A stretch of DNA of 64,000 nucleotides from Candidatus Latescibacterota bacterium (GCA_965242865.1 CBDETK010000013.1:5216001-5280000), one strand, 5' to 3'. Positions 1 to 9,780 are shown, counted from the stretch's first letter. Notes: generated by a model not told the origin, from the sequence alone. Numbers and translations are program-made.

Positions 1-423
1 GGCGATGGACTCGGCAAACTGCTGGCGCGCCTAGAGGCCGAGCTGCCCTGCGGCCCCAAGCTCTACCCGGACGACATGGTCGCCGAACAGCCCGAGCGGT
101 TTTTTGCCGCCGAGCGCATCCGCGAGGTCGCTTTTGAGCATCTCGAAGACGAGCTTCCCTACATGATCAATGTCCACCTTGAGGAATTTCGCCAGCGCAC
201 AGGCCGCAAAACGTACATTCGCGCCATTCTCTACGTCGGGCGCGAGAGCCAAAAGGGCATCGTCATCGGCAAGCGAGGAACGCGCCTGCGGTCCATCGGC
301 CGCCAAGCGCGAGCCGCCGTAGAGGAGCTACTCGACGCGCCCGTCTATATCGACCTGTGGGTAAAAGTCCGCCCAAACTGGCGCGACAAAGAGCGCGATC
401 TGCGGGAGTTTGGGTATCGCTAG
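1..423 (+). CDS. era: GTPase Era, C-terminal part with KH domain (5' end outside window)
   Basis: Frame open from base 1; EELPY-like 'LEDELPY', 'RESQKGIVIGKRG' and 'LWVKVRPNWR' are Era KH-domain signatures. Confidence 0.95.
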   Translation, partial: GDGLGKLLARLEAELPCGPKLYPDDMVAEQPERFFAAERIREVAFEHLEDELPYMINVHLEEFRQRTGRKTYIRAILYVGRESQKGIVIGKRGTRLRSIGRQARAAVEELLDAPVYIDLWVKVRPNWRDKERDLREFGYR

Positions 424-438
424 GGCAAGGCGCGGCGA

Positions 439-852
439 TTAGGACTTGAGCAACGTTATGCTCATCATTGGAAAATGTTGATCGAAGGCAAACGCTTGAT
501 CGATTCTATGCTTGCGACAAACAGCAAAACTAGTGCAATCGGTGAACGATAGTTTTACTGAATTGTATTGACAAAAAATCCGCTTGGCTTCTCCAAACAG
601 AGTACTATCAATTTTTTCGACCATTAAACTACCTGCACTTTCATAGCGTTCAATATGGTTAAGAAATTCCACGGCTAGCGCGTGATTCGCTTTACGCCGA
701 ATAAACGTTGTGGTCTCACCAATCACGTAATCTGTCGTTAAAAATTGAACGCTCTGCCTTCCTAGGTCGTCGTAAATTTTCAAAGCGTCTTCATGGTGTT
801 GATCGTTCCGATCTAAATAGGCGACCCAAGCCCCTGTATCGACAAAAATCAT
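439..852 (-). CDS. vapC: PIN-domain ribonuclease toxin (VapC family)
   Basis: 137 aa; 'IFVDTGAW', 'TTDYVIGET', 'SFTDCTSF', 'AFAFDQHF' carry the conserved acidic PIN residues; start overlaps the upstream stop (ATGA). Confidence 0.92.
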   Translation of the reverse strand: MIFVDTGAWVAYLDRNDQHHEDALKIYDDLGRQSVQFLTTDYVIGETTTFIRRKANHALAVEFLNHIERYESAGSLMVEKIDSTLFGEAKRIFCQYNSVKLSFTDCTSFAVCRKHRIDQAFAFDQHFPMMSITLLKS

Positions 853-3800
853 GGTTTTGAATCCAGCCCATAAATAATTTGGTCGTGGTTGAGAGAGCCA
901 TCGGTTCGGTCCGATTCATAGGCTCCAGCCAACTCGCGAAAAACTTCATACCCTTCTTTTCTTTTGGTGAAAATGTTGGCCGCTTCCAACTTAGGTAACT
1001 CCTTCACAATCGCCACCGTCTCCACACTCACCGCGATCACCTTCCCGAGCAGCTTGACGATGTACTGCGGATCATCCGACCGATTCGGGTCGTTGACAAT
1101 GCCGCTGCGCTCATCCGTCTTGACGGCATATTGATCGACGACCCATTCCAACGCCGACCGATTGCCCAGCCGATAGTCAAACGCCGCGGGCGGAATGCCA
1201 ACCAGCGTCAAGAAGTCGTTGTACTGAATCTGTGTCTTGTCTTTGGACAGCCGCATCTTTGCGACGCGCCAGTCGAGCGGCAAGTCTGGATCTTCAACGA
1301 ACTCAAGCTGATATTCGGGCACCTCTTCATAGCTAACGTGAATCTCGGCCAGCCGCTTTCCCGCTTTCGCATAAGCCCAAAAATTTGGCTCGTAGGGAAT
1401 GCGCGGCAATGCGCGCTTGAGATTGGCTTGATACCGAGCGCGGTATTGCGGGTGGTGCAACAAGCCATACACATAATGGAAAATGTCCCATTTGCCGATG
1501 GCGTCGTCTCGGTAGTTCAAGCGGAATCGCGCCAACGTTGTATCTGTTATGTTCTCGCGGCGGTTGATGCCGTCTGCGTCGTAAATGTAAAAGGGAAAGC
1601 ATTGGGAACTGTCGAGGGAGGTCAACGCCAAGCAGGGGATCATATCGGTGCAAAAACACCAATAAGCAGTACGGCCTCCAGCCCCCGGAACGATGATCAC
1701 CTGATTTTCCGCTTCAGTCTCTGGCGTGGGAAAAATAGACGGAAATACTCCCACTCTATCGTTCATCATTCTGTCAAAGTAAAAATTCGATTTTGTAAAG
1801 GGTCGATAGAGCGAACATCGCATTTTTTTGGGGGCGAATTCTGCGATTTTTCCGCTCTTCAGCTTATTTTTTAATGTTGAACTCCACTTGATTTTTGCGT
1901 CATCATACTCGACAAAGTCATCAACCTTCGTCTTTTTATCGGTCCGTTCCCATCTATCGACCTCTGCGTTATAAACACCAATCATCCGCTGGATCTTCGC
2001 AGCGAGCGCAGCTCGGTTAAAGTCGTACACCCAAGCGTCTCGCCCGGTATTGACGCCGCTGCTATACGTCTGAAAAATCACCGCCTCCTTGCTCTTGCCC
2101 GCCTTCGCTTCTTTGCTGCCCAGCGGAAGAAACGCAGCAAATTCCCGGTTTTGCAGCCCCTCGGTAAGCCAAGTATGTCGCTCGTCCGGTACTACCTCCT
2201 TCCATTCCACATTCCCGCAATGCCCCTTCTCATCGAGATAGCGATACTTCTCCTCCTTGCGCCAGTCCTTCTCGACACCGAAATAGAAAATTTTCGCCGC
2301 GGTCGCCGCACGATCGCTCCTTTTTACAAACAGGTTGATACTCACTCCAACCTGAATTCCAAAGACATTGTGAGTGGTCCCTGAGAGCTTTGGATTCTTG
2401 CGAACATTTCCACCCAAATCGAGCACGTATATTGCATCGAAATCGTCTGCGAGGTGTTTTCGCATCCCGTCAAACGCTATCCCATCGAGAAAACCATTAT
2501 TCGTTACAAATGCGACGATACCTTCCGCGCCGATCCGATCCGCAGCCCACCGAATCGCCTTTGTGTACGGGTCTTGTAGCTGCCTTTTAAGCGTCGCCTT
2601 AGAATCCTTGGCATACGTAGCCTTCACCCGCGCATCCATCGTCTCGTACTGCCGATTCTTGTTGTTGTCATTCTCGTTGACTTGACCGACATTGTAGGGC
2701 GGATTGCCGATAATCACAAACATCGGCGTCTCCTTCTGCCGTTCAACACGCGCCGTATTCTCCGCCGTAAATAGGGCCATTTGCACTTCTTCTGCCAACT
2801 CGAACGTATCCACCAAGCATATTCCCGCAAATGGCTGATAATATCCCATTGCCTCGTAAAATTCGTGCTCGATGTTCATGCTCGCGATGTAATACGGCAG
2901 CAACATCACCTCATTGCAGTGCAGATCGGAAGCATACTTACCTTCAAGCGAGGTCTTGCGAATCGCGCGCATCGTGCGGGCGATAAAATTGCCGGTGCCG
3001 ACAAACGGATCGATGATGTGAACGCCGGCGTCGGAAAGCGAGCGGCCAAATTCGGCCTTTAGAATGTGCTCGACACTTCGCACCATAAAATCGACGATCG
3101 ACTGCGGCGTGTACACAATCCCGTGCGTATCGGCGATCTCGACTGAAAAACCCTGAAAAAACTGCTCGTACACCGCGTTGAGGAAATGCTGCTTTTGGGC
3201 AAAGTCGCCGATAGTGCTCCCAGTGCGCTCAATCGCAGCGTAGAAGCGGTCGAGGCTTTGCAGGAAACCGGCGCGGTTAAAGGACCGCGACGTGAGGGCG
3301 TCAATAACCTTTTCGATCTCGGCGGCGATGACATTGCGGCGCGTAAAGTCTGGGTTGCTGAACACCGTGCGGAAAATCCGCTCGGTCAAAAGGTGCTGGA
3401 TGAGCATCTCCTCGACCGCTGCGTCCGCGAGGTTTGGATTGATCGACGAGCGACATTTGGCGAGAAAATCGGCAAAGGCGGTGGCAAACCCACGATTGTT
3501 TTGCCGTTCCCGCTGAATTTTCGCCGCCAACCCACGCCCGATCGCCGGCACCTTGCCCTTGAACTGCGCGACCGCCGCTTCCCATTCGGCGATCGCCTGC
3601 GGGCGGTGCGAAAAAAAGGCTGTAAGCGTCTCGATCAGCCGTTGTGGATCGGTCACATCCTCGTCTAAAACAGGCTCGCCGCGTTGCCAAAGAATCGCCC
3701 GAGCCGGCGTCTGAAACAGGATGTTGTCGCTGGGATACCCGGCCGCAAACTTGCGCTGCACCTCGGCTTGCAAGTCATCGTCCATATCCTTGGCTTCCCA

Positions 3801-4049
3801 AACCCCGTGCAGCAAGTTAAAATCGTCGATCAACGCGCCATCGACGACGATTCGCCTATTGCGACCACAAGCGATGGCATACTCGGGAACGAGCGTCCAG
3901 TTGACCTGTCGCCCACACCATTCGAGCAGTGCTTGAAACGCCGAGCGCACCGAGGTTTCATTCGTCACCCCAAGCCGCTCAAATTGCTCAAGCGATTCGT
4001 AGTACGCCTTAACGGGCTTATGCGTTGATTTGAGCTTGAGCGTCGGCAT
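849..4049 (-). CDS. Single-polypeptide restriction-modification enzyme (Type ISP/IIG-like, no helicase): PD-(D/E)XK nuclease, N6-adenine MTase, TRD, plus antitoxin-like C-terminal tail
   Basis: N-terminal 'VDG...WEAKD'; MTase motifs 'DPFVGTGNF' and 'GNPPY'; ISP-type C-terminus 'YRLGNRSALEWVVDQY...VNDPN'. Confidence 0.88.
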   Translation of the reverse strand: MPTLKLKSTHKPVKAYYESLEQFERLGVTNETSVRSAFQALLEWCGRQVNWTLVPEYAIACGRNRRIVVDGALIDDFNLLHGVWEAKDMDDDLQAEVQRKFAAGYPSDNILFQTPARAILWQRGEPVLDEDVTDPQRLIETLTAFFSHRPQAIAEWEAAVAQFKGKVPAIGRGLAAKIQRERQNNRGFATAFADFLAKCRSSINPNLADAAVEEMLIQHLLTERIFRTVFSNPDFTRRNVIAAEIEKVIDALTSRSFNRAGFLQSLDRFYAAIERTGSTIGDFAQKQHFLNAVYEQFFQGFSVEIADTHGIVYTPQSIVDFMVRSVEHILKAEFGRSLSDAGVHIIDPFVGTGNFIARTMRAIRKTSLEGKYASDLHCNEVMLLPYYIASMNIEHEFYEAMGYYQPFAGICLVDTFELAEEVQMALFTAENTARVERQKETPMFVIIGNPPYNVGQVNENDNNKNRQYETMDARVKATYAKDSKATLKRQLQDPYTKAIRWAADRIGAEGIVAFVTNNGFLDGIAFDGMRKHLADDFDAIYVLDLGGNVRKNPKLSGTTHNVFGIQVGVSINLFVKRSDRAATAAKIFYFGVEKDWRKEEKYRYLDEKGHCGNVEWKEVVPDERHTWLTEGLQNREFAAFLPLGSKEAKAGKSKEAVIFQTYSSGVNTGRDAWVYDFNRAALAAKIQRMIGVYNAEVDRWERTDKKTKVDDFVEYDDAKIKWSSTLKNKLKSGKIAEFAPKKMRCSLYRPFTKSNFYFDRMMNDRVGVFPSIFPTPETEAENQVIIVPGAGGRTAYWCFCTDMIPCLALTSLDSSQCFPFYIYDADGINRRENITDTTLARFRLNYRDDAIGKWDIFHYVYGLLHHPQYRARYQANLKRALPRIPYEPNFWAYAKAGKRLAEIHVSYEEVPEYQLEFVEDPDLPLDWRVAKMRLSKDKTQIQYNDFLTLVGIPPAAFDYRLGNRSALEWVVDQYAVKTDERSGIVNDPNRSDDPQYIVKLLGKVIAVSVETVAIVKELPKLEAANIFTKRKEGYEVFRELAGAYESDRTDGSLNHDQIIYGLDSKP

Positions 4050-4075
4050 AGCAAACCTCCATTTCAGAATCTGTC

Positions 4076-5419
4076 CTAAAACCTGCTGCGATTCAGTACG
4101 GCCCCCAGGCGCGGAAGAATCCGCGTCGGGACGAGGCGGCGATATTCATCCCAATACGCGCCATACTTTTGCTGGCAGCGCTCTTCGTCGCGCCGGGCGC
4201 GATGCAGCAGCAAAACGGTCAGAACAATCACGTAAAAATAGGGCAGGACATGCGAAAACAGGGCCGGCACCGTCCAAAAGAAGGCCGCCAAAATCTCCGG
4301 CGCGTAGTGAAAGTGCCGCGCCACGCCCCACCAACCGGACGCCAACAAAATGGTCTCTTTCTCCACGCCGTCTTCCGCGCAGTACTTGGCGACAATGAGC
4401 CGCGGCTTTTTCCCCCAGATCGTGCATTTGCCGCCCGTTGCCCGCACTACTTGACGTTGCCTATCGGCAAAGTAGTTGATCATCACCGCCCCTACTCCCA
4501 ACACCGCGATCGCGGTCGACCACGCCATACCGAGCTGATGCGGGTGATGCACCAAGTACAAAATGGGCGACGTATAAATCGCCGGCACCCACACCAAACA
4601 CCCCCAGCAAGTCATAAATCCGGCCCGGTCGTGCATGATGTCAATCGAACAGAGATAACCCGTTTCCCATACAAAAAATTTGACCAAGTAAGTCAGCATG
4701 ACGATTAGGGCCACCACCATTGAATCGCTCAAACCGCCGAGCTCGGCCTGCTTGGCCGCAAACGACAACACAATGATCGGCCACCCCATCATGCCAAAGC
4801 GACAATTGGTAAACATCTTGACGTCCCAGCCCAAGATGCGCGGGTACAGTTCCGTTCCCCAGTAATAATCGAAAATAAAATTGCCGCTCCGACCGTCCGA
4901 CCCCGAGGGAAAAAACCGGCCCTTGTAGTACAGCAACAAACAGAACGCCAAACCAAAGACATTCAACGCGCCGATAATGCCCGCAAAGTTGTCATAGACG
5001 ATCGTCGGCTCAAACCAATGGAACGCAAAGCCACCCAACAGGAACAAGCCCAGCGAAATCAAAAAACACGCCAAGCCATTGGCGCTGTACACCGGCACAT
5101 AGCCCTTCGGCGTAGTCGGCCCGCAAAAGCGCGGCCCCGGCACCACGCGCATCAACAACAATTGCACCGCAGCAAAAGTGCCGATGATTTTCCAGCCGGC
5201 CGCCGTGCCCCAGACGACCGGCTCCCAGACAGACACCAGTTTTGCAAAAAAACCAACGGCGATGACCTGCTCTACGAAAGATGCCACCGAGCCTTGGTGG
5301 TTCACATTGATCTCCCACATCAACAAGGCCGTTGAGGGGCAGCAAATCAGCAAGAACAGCGGCGCCAATGTATGGTGAAAAAGATGTCGTATTTTACTCT
5401 TCTTAGCTTGAGTATCCAT
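4076..5419 (-). CDS. Sterol delta-7 reductase (DHCR7/DWF5, ERG4/ERG24 family) membrane protein
   Basis: 'GTELYPRI', 'DIMHDRAGF..CWGCLVWVP', 'LLASGWWGVARHFHY', 'HRARRDEERCQQKYG'; multiple TM helices. Confidence 0.9.
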   Translation of the reverse strand: MDTQAKKSKIRHLFHHTLAPLFLLICCPSTALLMWEINVNHQGSVASFVEQVIAVGFFAKLVSVWEPVVWGTAAGWKIIGTFAAVQLLLMRVVPGPRFCGPTTPKGYVPVYSANGLACFLISLGLFLLGGFAFHWFEPTIVYDNFAGIIGALNVFGLAFCLLLYYKGRFFPSGSDGRSGNFIFDYYWGTELYPRILGWDVKMFTNCRFGMMGWPIIVLSFAAKQAELGGLSDSMVVALIVMLTYLVKFFVWETGYLCSIDIMHDRAGFMTCWGCLVWVPAIYTSPILYLVHHPHQLGMAWSTAIAVLGVGAVMINYFADRQRQVVRATGGKCTIWGKKPRLIVAKYCAEDGVEKETILLASGWWGVARHFHYAPEILAAFFWTVPALFSHVLPYFYVIVLTVLLLHRARRDEERCQQKYGAYWDEYRRLVPTRILPRLGAVLNRSRF

Positions 5420-5498
5420 TCGTCTGTCCCGTTTTCAGTGCCCTGCTCGTTGCTCACAAGCAAAATTAACGTAGATTTTACCCAAAAAGGAAACCTCT

Positions 5499-6806
5499 AT
5501 GAACGTCCTAGTCGTCGGCAAGGGAGGGCGCGAACACGCCCTCGTGTGGAAGTTGGCCCAGAGCCAGCGCATCGACAAACTCTACGTCGCCCCGGGCAAC
5601 CCCGGCATGGCCGCCCTCGCCGAATGCGTGGATATTCGCGTGGATACCCCGGTGGCCGAGCGCGACAAACTCGTCGGCGAAATCAAGCGCCTCGTCGCCT
5701 TTGCCCACGAGCGGCAAATCGGGCTGACCGTCGTCGGCCCAGACGACGCCCTCGCCGGCGGCATCGTCGATCGCTTCCGCGCCAGCGGCCTTGCCATCTT
5801 CGGCCCCACGGAAGCCGCCGCCCGCATCGAAAGCAGTAAAGTCTTTGCCAAAGAGCTAATGGAGCGCGTCGGCGTCCCCACCGCTCGGCACCAGAGCTTC
5901 ACTGACAGCCAAGCCGCCAGTGCTTACATCCGCGCACAGGGAGCCCCGATCGTGGTCAAGGCCAGCGGTTTAGCGGCCGGCAAGGGCGCGGTCGTCTGCC
6001 AGACCGTAGATCAAGCCCTCGTAGCCGCGCACGACATGCTCGACAAAGAGGCCCTAGGCGGAGCCGGCCACCAGATCGTCGTCGAGGAATACATGGCCGG
6101 CGAGGAAGCCTCGCTCTTTGCACTCTGCGACGGCGAGCATTTTATCACCTTGCCCCCCGCTCAAGACCACAAAGCCATCTACGAAGGCGACCAAGGCCCC
6201 AATACCGGCGGTATGGGGGCCTACGCTCCGGCACCCGCGATGACGCCGGCCTTGGTGCGCGCAGCCGAGGAGCGCGTCATCCGGCCCGTGCTCGCCGAAA
6301 TGCGCCGGCTGGGCACCCCGTACCAAGGCGTGCTGTACTGCGGGCTGATGTGCATCGACGCCAGCGTCAAAGTTGTAGAGTTCAACGCCCGCTTCGGCGA
6401 CCCCGAATGCCAAATTCTCATGCCCCTGCTCAAAACCGACCTCGTCGATTTGCTCGCGGCCGCCTGCGACGGTCGCCTAGACCAAGTGCAAGTCGAATGC
6501 ACACCCGGGGCGGCCGTCTGCGTAGTCATGGCTTCAGACGGCTATCCGGGCACTTACGAAAAAGGCTTGGAGATCCGCGGCTTGGAGGCTTTTGCCGGCC
6601 GCGACGATCTCCTCGTCTTTCACGCCGGCACCGCCCAACGCGATGGCCGCTTCTTTACCGATGGTGGCCGGGTGCTCGGGGTGACCGCTACGGACGCCGA
6701 TCTCCAAGCCGCGGTCGCCAAAGCCTACTCGGCCGTCGATCAGATCGCCTTTGACAACGCCTATTGCCGCCGCGACATCGCCTATCGGGCCTTGGGTCGC
6801 GCCTGA
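5499..6806 (+). CDS. purD: Phosphoribosylamine-glycine ligase
   Basis: 'GGREHAL', 'APGNPG', 'GLAAGKG', 'GPNTGGMGAY', 'EFNARFGDPE'. Confidence 0.97.
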   Translation: MNVLVVGKGGREHALVWKLAQSQRIDKLYVAPGNPGMAALAECVDIRVDTPVAERDKLVGEIKRLVAFAHERQIGLTVVGPDDALAGGIVDRFRASGLAIFGPTEAAARIESSKVFAKELMERVGVPTARHQSFTDSQAASAYIRAQGAPIVVKASGLAAGKGAVVCQTVDQALVAAHDMLDKEALGGAGHQIVVEEYMAGEEASLFALCDGEHFITLPPAQDHKAIYEGDQGPNTGGMGAYAPAPAMTPALVRAAEERVIRPVLAEMRRLGTPYQGVLYCGLMCIDASVKVVEFNARFGDPECQILMPLLKTDLVDLLAAACDGRLDQVQVECTPGAAVCVVMASDGYPGTYEKGLEIRGLEAFAGRDDLLVFHAGTAQRDGRFFTDGGRVLGVTATDADLQAAVAKAYSAVDQIAFDNAYCRRDIAYRALGRA

Positions 6807-6808
6807 GC

Positions 6809-7174
6809 ATGCCCAACGACGCACTCCGCCTGCGTAACATGCGCTTTTTTGCCTATCACGGGCTGTTCCCCGAAGAGACCGCGCTCGGCCAGCACTACGA
6901 AGTCGATGTGGAACTCTACGGCGACTTTCGCCGAGCGGGGCGCAACGACGACATAGACGCGGCGATCAACTATCCAGAAGTGTACTCGCTGGTGGCCGCG
7001 GCCGTAACCGGCGAGCCTTGCAAGTTGGTCGAAGCCCTGGCCGAGCGCATCGCCGAGCAGGTGGGTGCCCACTGCGCCCCGATCGAGCTCGTCGTCCGCG
7101 TCCGCAAGCCCAACCCGCCGATAGCCGCACATTTCGACGGCATTGAAGTCGAAATACACCGCTCCTATGCCTGA
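6809..7174 (+). CDS. folB: Dihydroneopterin aldolase
   Basis: 'FFAYHG..PEE..LGQ', 'INY', 'VRKPNPPI'; ATG at 6809 just after the purD stop. Confidence 0.93.
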   Translation: MPNDALRLRNMRFFAYHGLFPEETALGQHYEVDVELYGDFRRAGRNDDIDAAINYPEVYSLVAAAVTGEPCKLVEALAERIAEQVGAHCAPIELVVRVRKPNPPIAAHFDGIEVEIHRSYA

Positions 7175-7673
7175 GCGAGCTTATATCGCCATCGGCGGCA
7201 ACCTCGGCAACCGCCGGGCGTACCTCCAAGCCGGAATCAAAGAAGTCGCCGCGCTCCCCGGCACGCGCCTCGCGGCCATCTCCCGCGCCTACGAAACCCA
7301 AGCGGTGGGGCCGGTCGCGCAACCCGATTTCCTCAACGCCGTCTTTGCCATCGAAACCTCGCTCGCGCCCGCGCCCTTGCTCGCGGCCCTGCTCGCCGCA
7401 GAAAAAAAACACCAGCGCCAACGCCGCATTCGCTGGGGGCCGCGCACCCTCGACCTCGATCTGCTTCTCTATGGGGAGCGCACCGTCAACAGCGCGGCCC
7501 TGACCCTGCCGCATCCGCGCATGCACGAGCGCCGCTTTGTGCTGGTGCCCCTCTGCGAAATCGCCCCGCGTCTGCTCCATCCCATCACCGGCCGGCCATT
7601 TGCCGCGTACCTCGCCGCACTCGCTGGCGACGGAGACGCCCGCGCCGTGGCTCCTCTCGCCCCTATCCCATGA
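7167..7673 (+). CDS. folK: 2-amino-4-hydroxy-6-hydroxymethyldihydropteridine diphosphokinase
   Basis: 'IGGNLG', 'QPDFLNAV', 'RWGPRTLDLDLL', 'LPHPRMHERRFVLVPL'. Confidence 0.95.
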   Translation: MPERAYIAIGGNLGNRRAYLQAGIKEVAALPGTRLAAISRAYETQAVGPVAQPDFLNAVFAIETSLAPAPLLAALLAAEKKHQRQRRIRWGPRTLDLDLLLYGERTVNSAALTLPHPRMHERRFVLVPLCEIAPRLLHPITGRPFAAYLAALAGDGDARAVAPLAPIP

Positions 7674-8518
7674 ACCGCATCCACACAGTCGCCGCAATGC
7701 AGGCTCAGGCCGATGCTTGGCGCAGTGCTGGCCGGTGCATTGGGCTGGTGCCGACGATGGGGTTTTTGCACGAGGGGCACCTCAGTTTGGTCGATCACAG
7801 CCTCAACGCCGCAGACCGCACGGTCGTCAGCATCTTTGTCAACCCACTGCAATTCGGGCCGCAAGAAGATTTCGCTGTCTATCCACGCGATCTAGAGCGC
7901 GATCTCGACTTGCTGACTCGCCGCGGGGTGGATGCGGTTTTCCTTCCCAAACCAGCGGAATTCTATCCCGCCGATTTCTCGACCTTCGTCGGAGTCGAAG
8001 CACTAACCAAAAGCCTGTGCGGCCCCTTCCGCCCCGGGCACTTCCGCGGCGTCACGACCGTAGTGACCAAGCTGTTCACCGCCGTCAAACCGCACCTAGC
8101 TGTCTTTGGCCAGAAAGACTATCAGCAGGCGGCTATCATTAGTCGGTTGGTGCGCGATTTGAACCTAGACTTGCGCGTCGAGGTCGCTCCCACCGTGCGC
8201 GAGGCAGATGGCTTGGCCATGAGCTCGCGCAACATCCTTCTCAGCGCCGAAGAACGGTCGCGGGCATCGGCCCTGTACGACGCCCTTACCCTAGGACGAG
8301 ACCGGATCAAACACGGCGAGCGCGACGCCAGCCGGATTATAGCCGAGCTGCGGGCGCACATCGAGCGCGAGCTTAACCCGCGCATCGACTACATTGCGAT
8401 CGCCCATCCTGACACCCTCGAAGAAGTGGCCCACATCGCCGGCCCGGTCGTCATCGCCCTCGCCGTGTGCCTATCCAACGTCCGGCTGATCGACAACATC
8501 ACGGCGGGCCCCAAATGA
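7670..8518 (+). CDS. panC: Pantoate-beta-alanine ligase
   Basis: 'VPTMGFLHEGH', 'FVNPLQF', 'RPGHFRGV', 'FGQKDYQQ', 'GLAMSSRN', 'RLIDN'. Confidence 0.97.
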   Translation: MNRIHTVAAMQAQADAWRSAGRCIGLVPTMGFLHEGHLSLVDHSLNAADRTVVSIFVNPLQFGPQEDFAVYPRDLERDLDLLTRRGVDAVFLPKPAEFYPADFSTFVGVEALTKSLCGPFRPGHFRGVTTVVTKLFTAVKPHLAVFGQKDYQQAAIISRLVRDLNLDLRVEVAPTVREADGLAMSSRNILLSAEERSRASALYDALTLGRDRIKHGERDASRIIAELRAHIERELNPRIDYIAIAHPDTLEEVAHIAGPVVIALAVCLSNVRLIDNITAGPK

Positions 8519-8520
8519 AA

Positions 8521-8544
8521 AGGGACGCGCTACGGCGCGTCCCT
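8521..8544 (-). terminator. Hairpin between convergent genes, probable intrinsic terminator
   Basis: Perfect 10-bp stem AGGGACGCGC / GCGCGTCCCT with 4-nt loop; short T-run follows on the minus strand. Confidence 0.6.
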
Positions 8545-8610
8545 CATCGGCCACCCTCTTGGTTTCGGGCGCGGACCTGTGCATGTCAATCTCCTTTCGT
8601 ATTCAGCTTT

Positions 8611-9672
8611 TCAATCAAATAGCGGCGACACTTCTTGGGCCACAGTGTGCGCTGCTTCTTGGAAAAACGCATCGAGAATGGACTCGTCGTCCGGCTCAAA
8701 GTTTCTCATAAAGTTCTGATGAATGATGAGCGTCTTATCCAACACTGCTTCGTCGTTGAGTGCATCCTGTACTACCAACTGCACTTGGCAGCTTAACCTC
8801 TGTCGTTCGGCATTGAAGCGATAGAAGCCGACAACATTGGATCTGTAGAAGCCAATCATGTACCAGTTTACAATGTAATCCAAGGTGTAGCGAATGTCCT
8901 CGGTCGAGGGAGCCGTGGTCCAGCGGACGCGGCGGAACCGTTTGAGCTCGTCCAAGAGGGCCGGTCGGATCGACTCGTGCAGTGCGACTATTTTTCTTTT
9001 CGCCTTCACTTTTGGTAGCGGGGAGATATTAAAAATTCTGAAAAAGGTAGTAGTGTTTGAGCCTCTATATCCTTCAAGTAGTTGATCGACCTTGTCGGAC
9101 AAACCCTGACTGTTGCGCGTCCTGACCAACACCTTAAATCCAGTCGGGACGCTTACCATGTCCTCCTCGGGCGGATCGATTTCCACCGGCGAGCCGACGA
9201 ATGAAACCAGCAGTGCTCTTGTATAATCTACGGCTTGGAACTTGAGCAGCTTGCTTTTGCCCGCCGCTTCGGCGATGAGCGGTTCCAGCCCAACATTCTC
9301 TTCTTTCTTTAACAGGTCGCCGGCCATATCCACGACCCGCACCAAGTACGCCTTGGCCGCGCGCTCAGCAAAATGCTCGCCGTGCAGCGCGAAAAGCTGT
9401 TCGCCGAGAGCCGTGGATTTCTTGCAATGCGTCTTCAGCACTCGCAACAGCGAGACCAAGGAATCCCGGCTCGCGGCAGCCGACAATCGAGACGCGGTAC
9501 TGACCGCCGCGACGAACTCGTCCAACGTGCCCTTATCGTCTTGCTCCATGCGGTCGCGCAACTGCTCCAAAGCCACGCGCACAAAATCCGCCTCTGGTGC
9601 AGAAGTAGCGACAGCACTCGACGCCATGTAGAAAAAGACGCAAGCCGCAATGCGACGCCACGTGTTATTCAT
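8611..9672 (-). CDS. Hypothetical exported protein
   Basis: 353-aa ORF with signal-peptide-like N-terminus; no family recognised. Confidence 0.6.
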   Translation of the reverse strand: MNNTWRRIAACVFFYMASSAVATSAPEADFVRVALEQLRDRMEQDDKGTLDEFVAAVSTASRLSAAASRDSLVSLLRVLKTHCKKSTALGEQLFALHGEHFAERAAKAYLVRVVDMAGDLLKKEENVGLEPLIAEAAGKSKLLKFQAVDYTRALLVSFVGSPVEIDPPEEDMVSVPTGFKVLVRTRNSQGLSDKVDQLLEGYRGSNTTTFFRIFNISPLPKVKAKRKIVALHESIRPALLDELKRFRRVRWTTAPSTEDIRYTLDYIVNWYMIGFYRSNVVGFYRFNAERQRLSCQVQLVVQDALNDEAVLDKTLIIHQNFMRNFEPDDESILDAFFQEAAHTVAQEVSPLFD

Positions 9673-9780
9673 GCGTCGGTCTCCTTAGCGATGGGTTTGC
9701 GAGAGATGACGGCGCGAGCTAAGTACGCGCCCCTTACTTTGCGTGCGCCCAAACGCGGCGACGACTACAGGGGGTTCCTG

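Noticed and set aside
428-4113. 8-bp direct repeat AGGCGCGG (428-435 and 4106-4113) as boundaries of the RM-vapC insertion
   Set aside because: Position is suggestive, but an 8-bp GC-rich match is expected by chance
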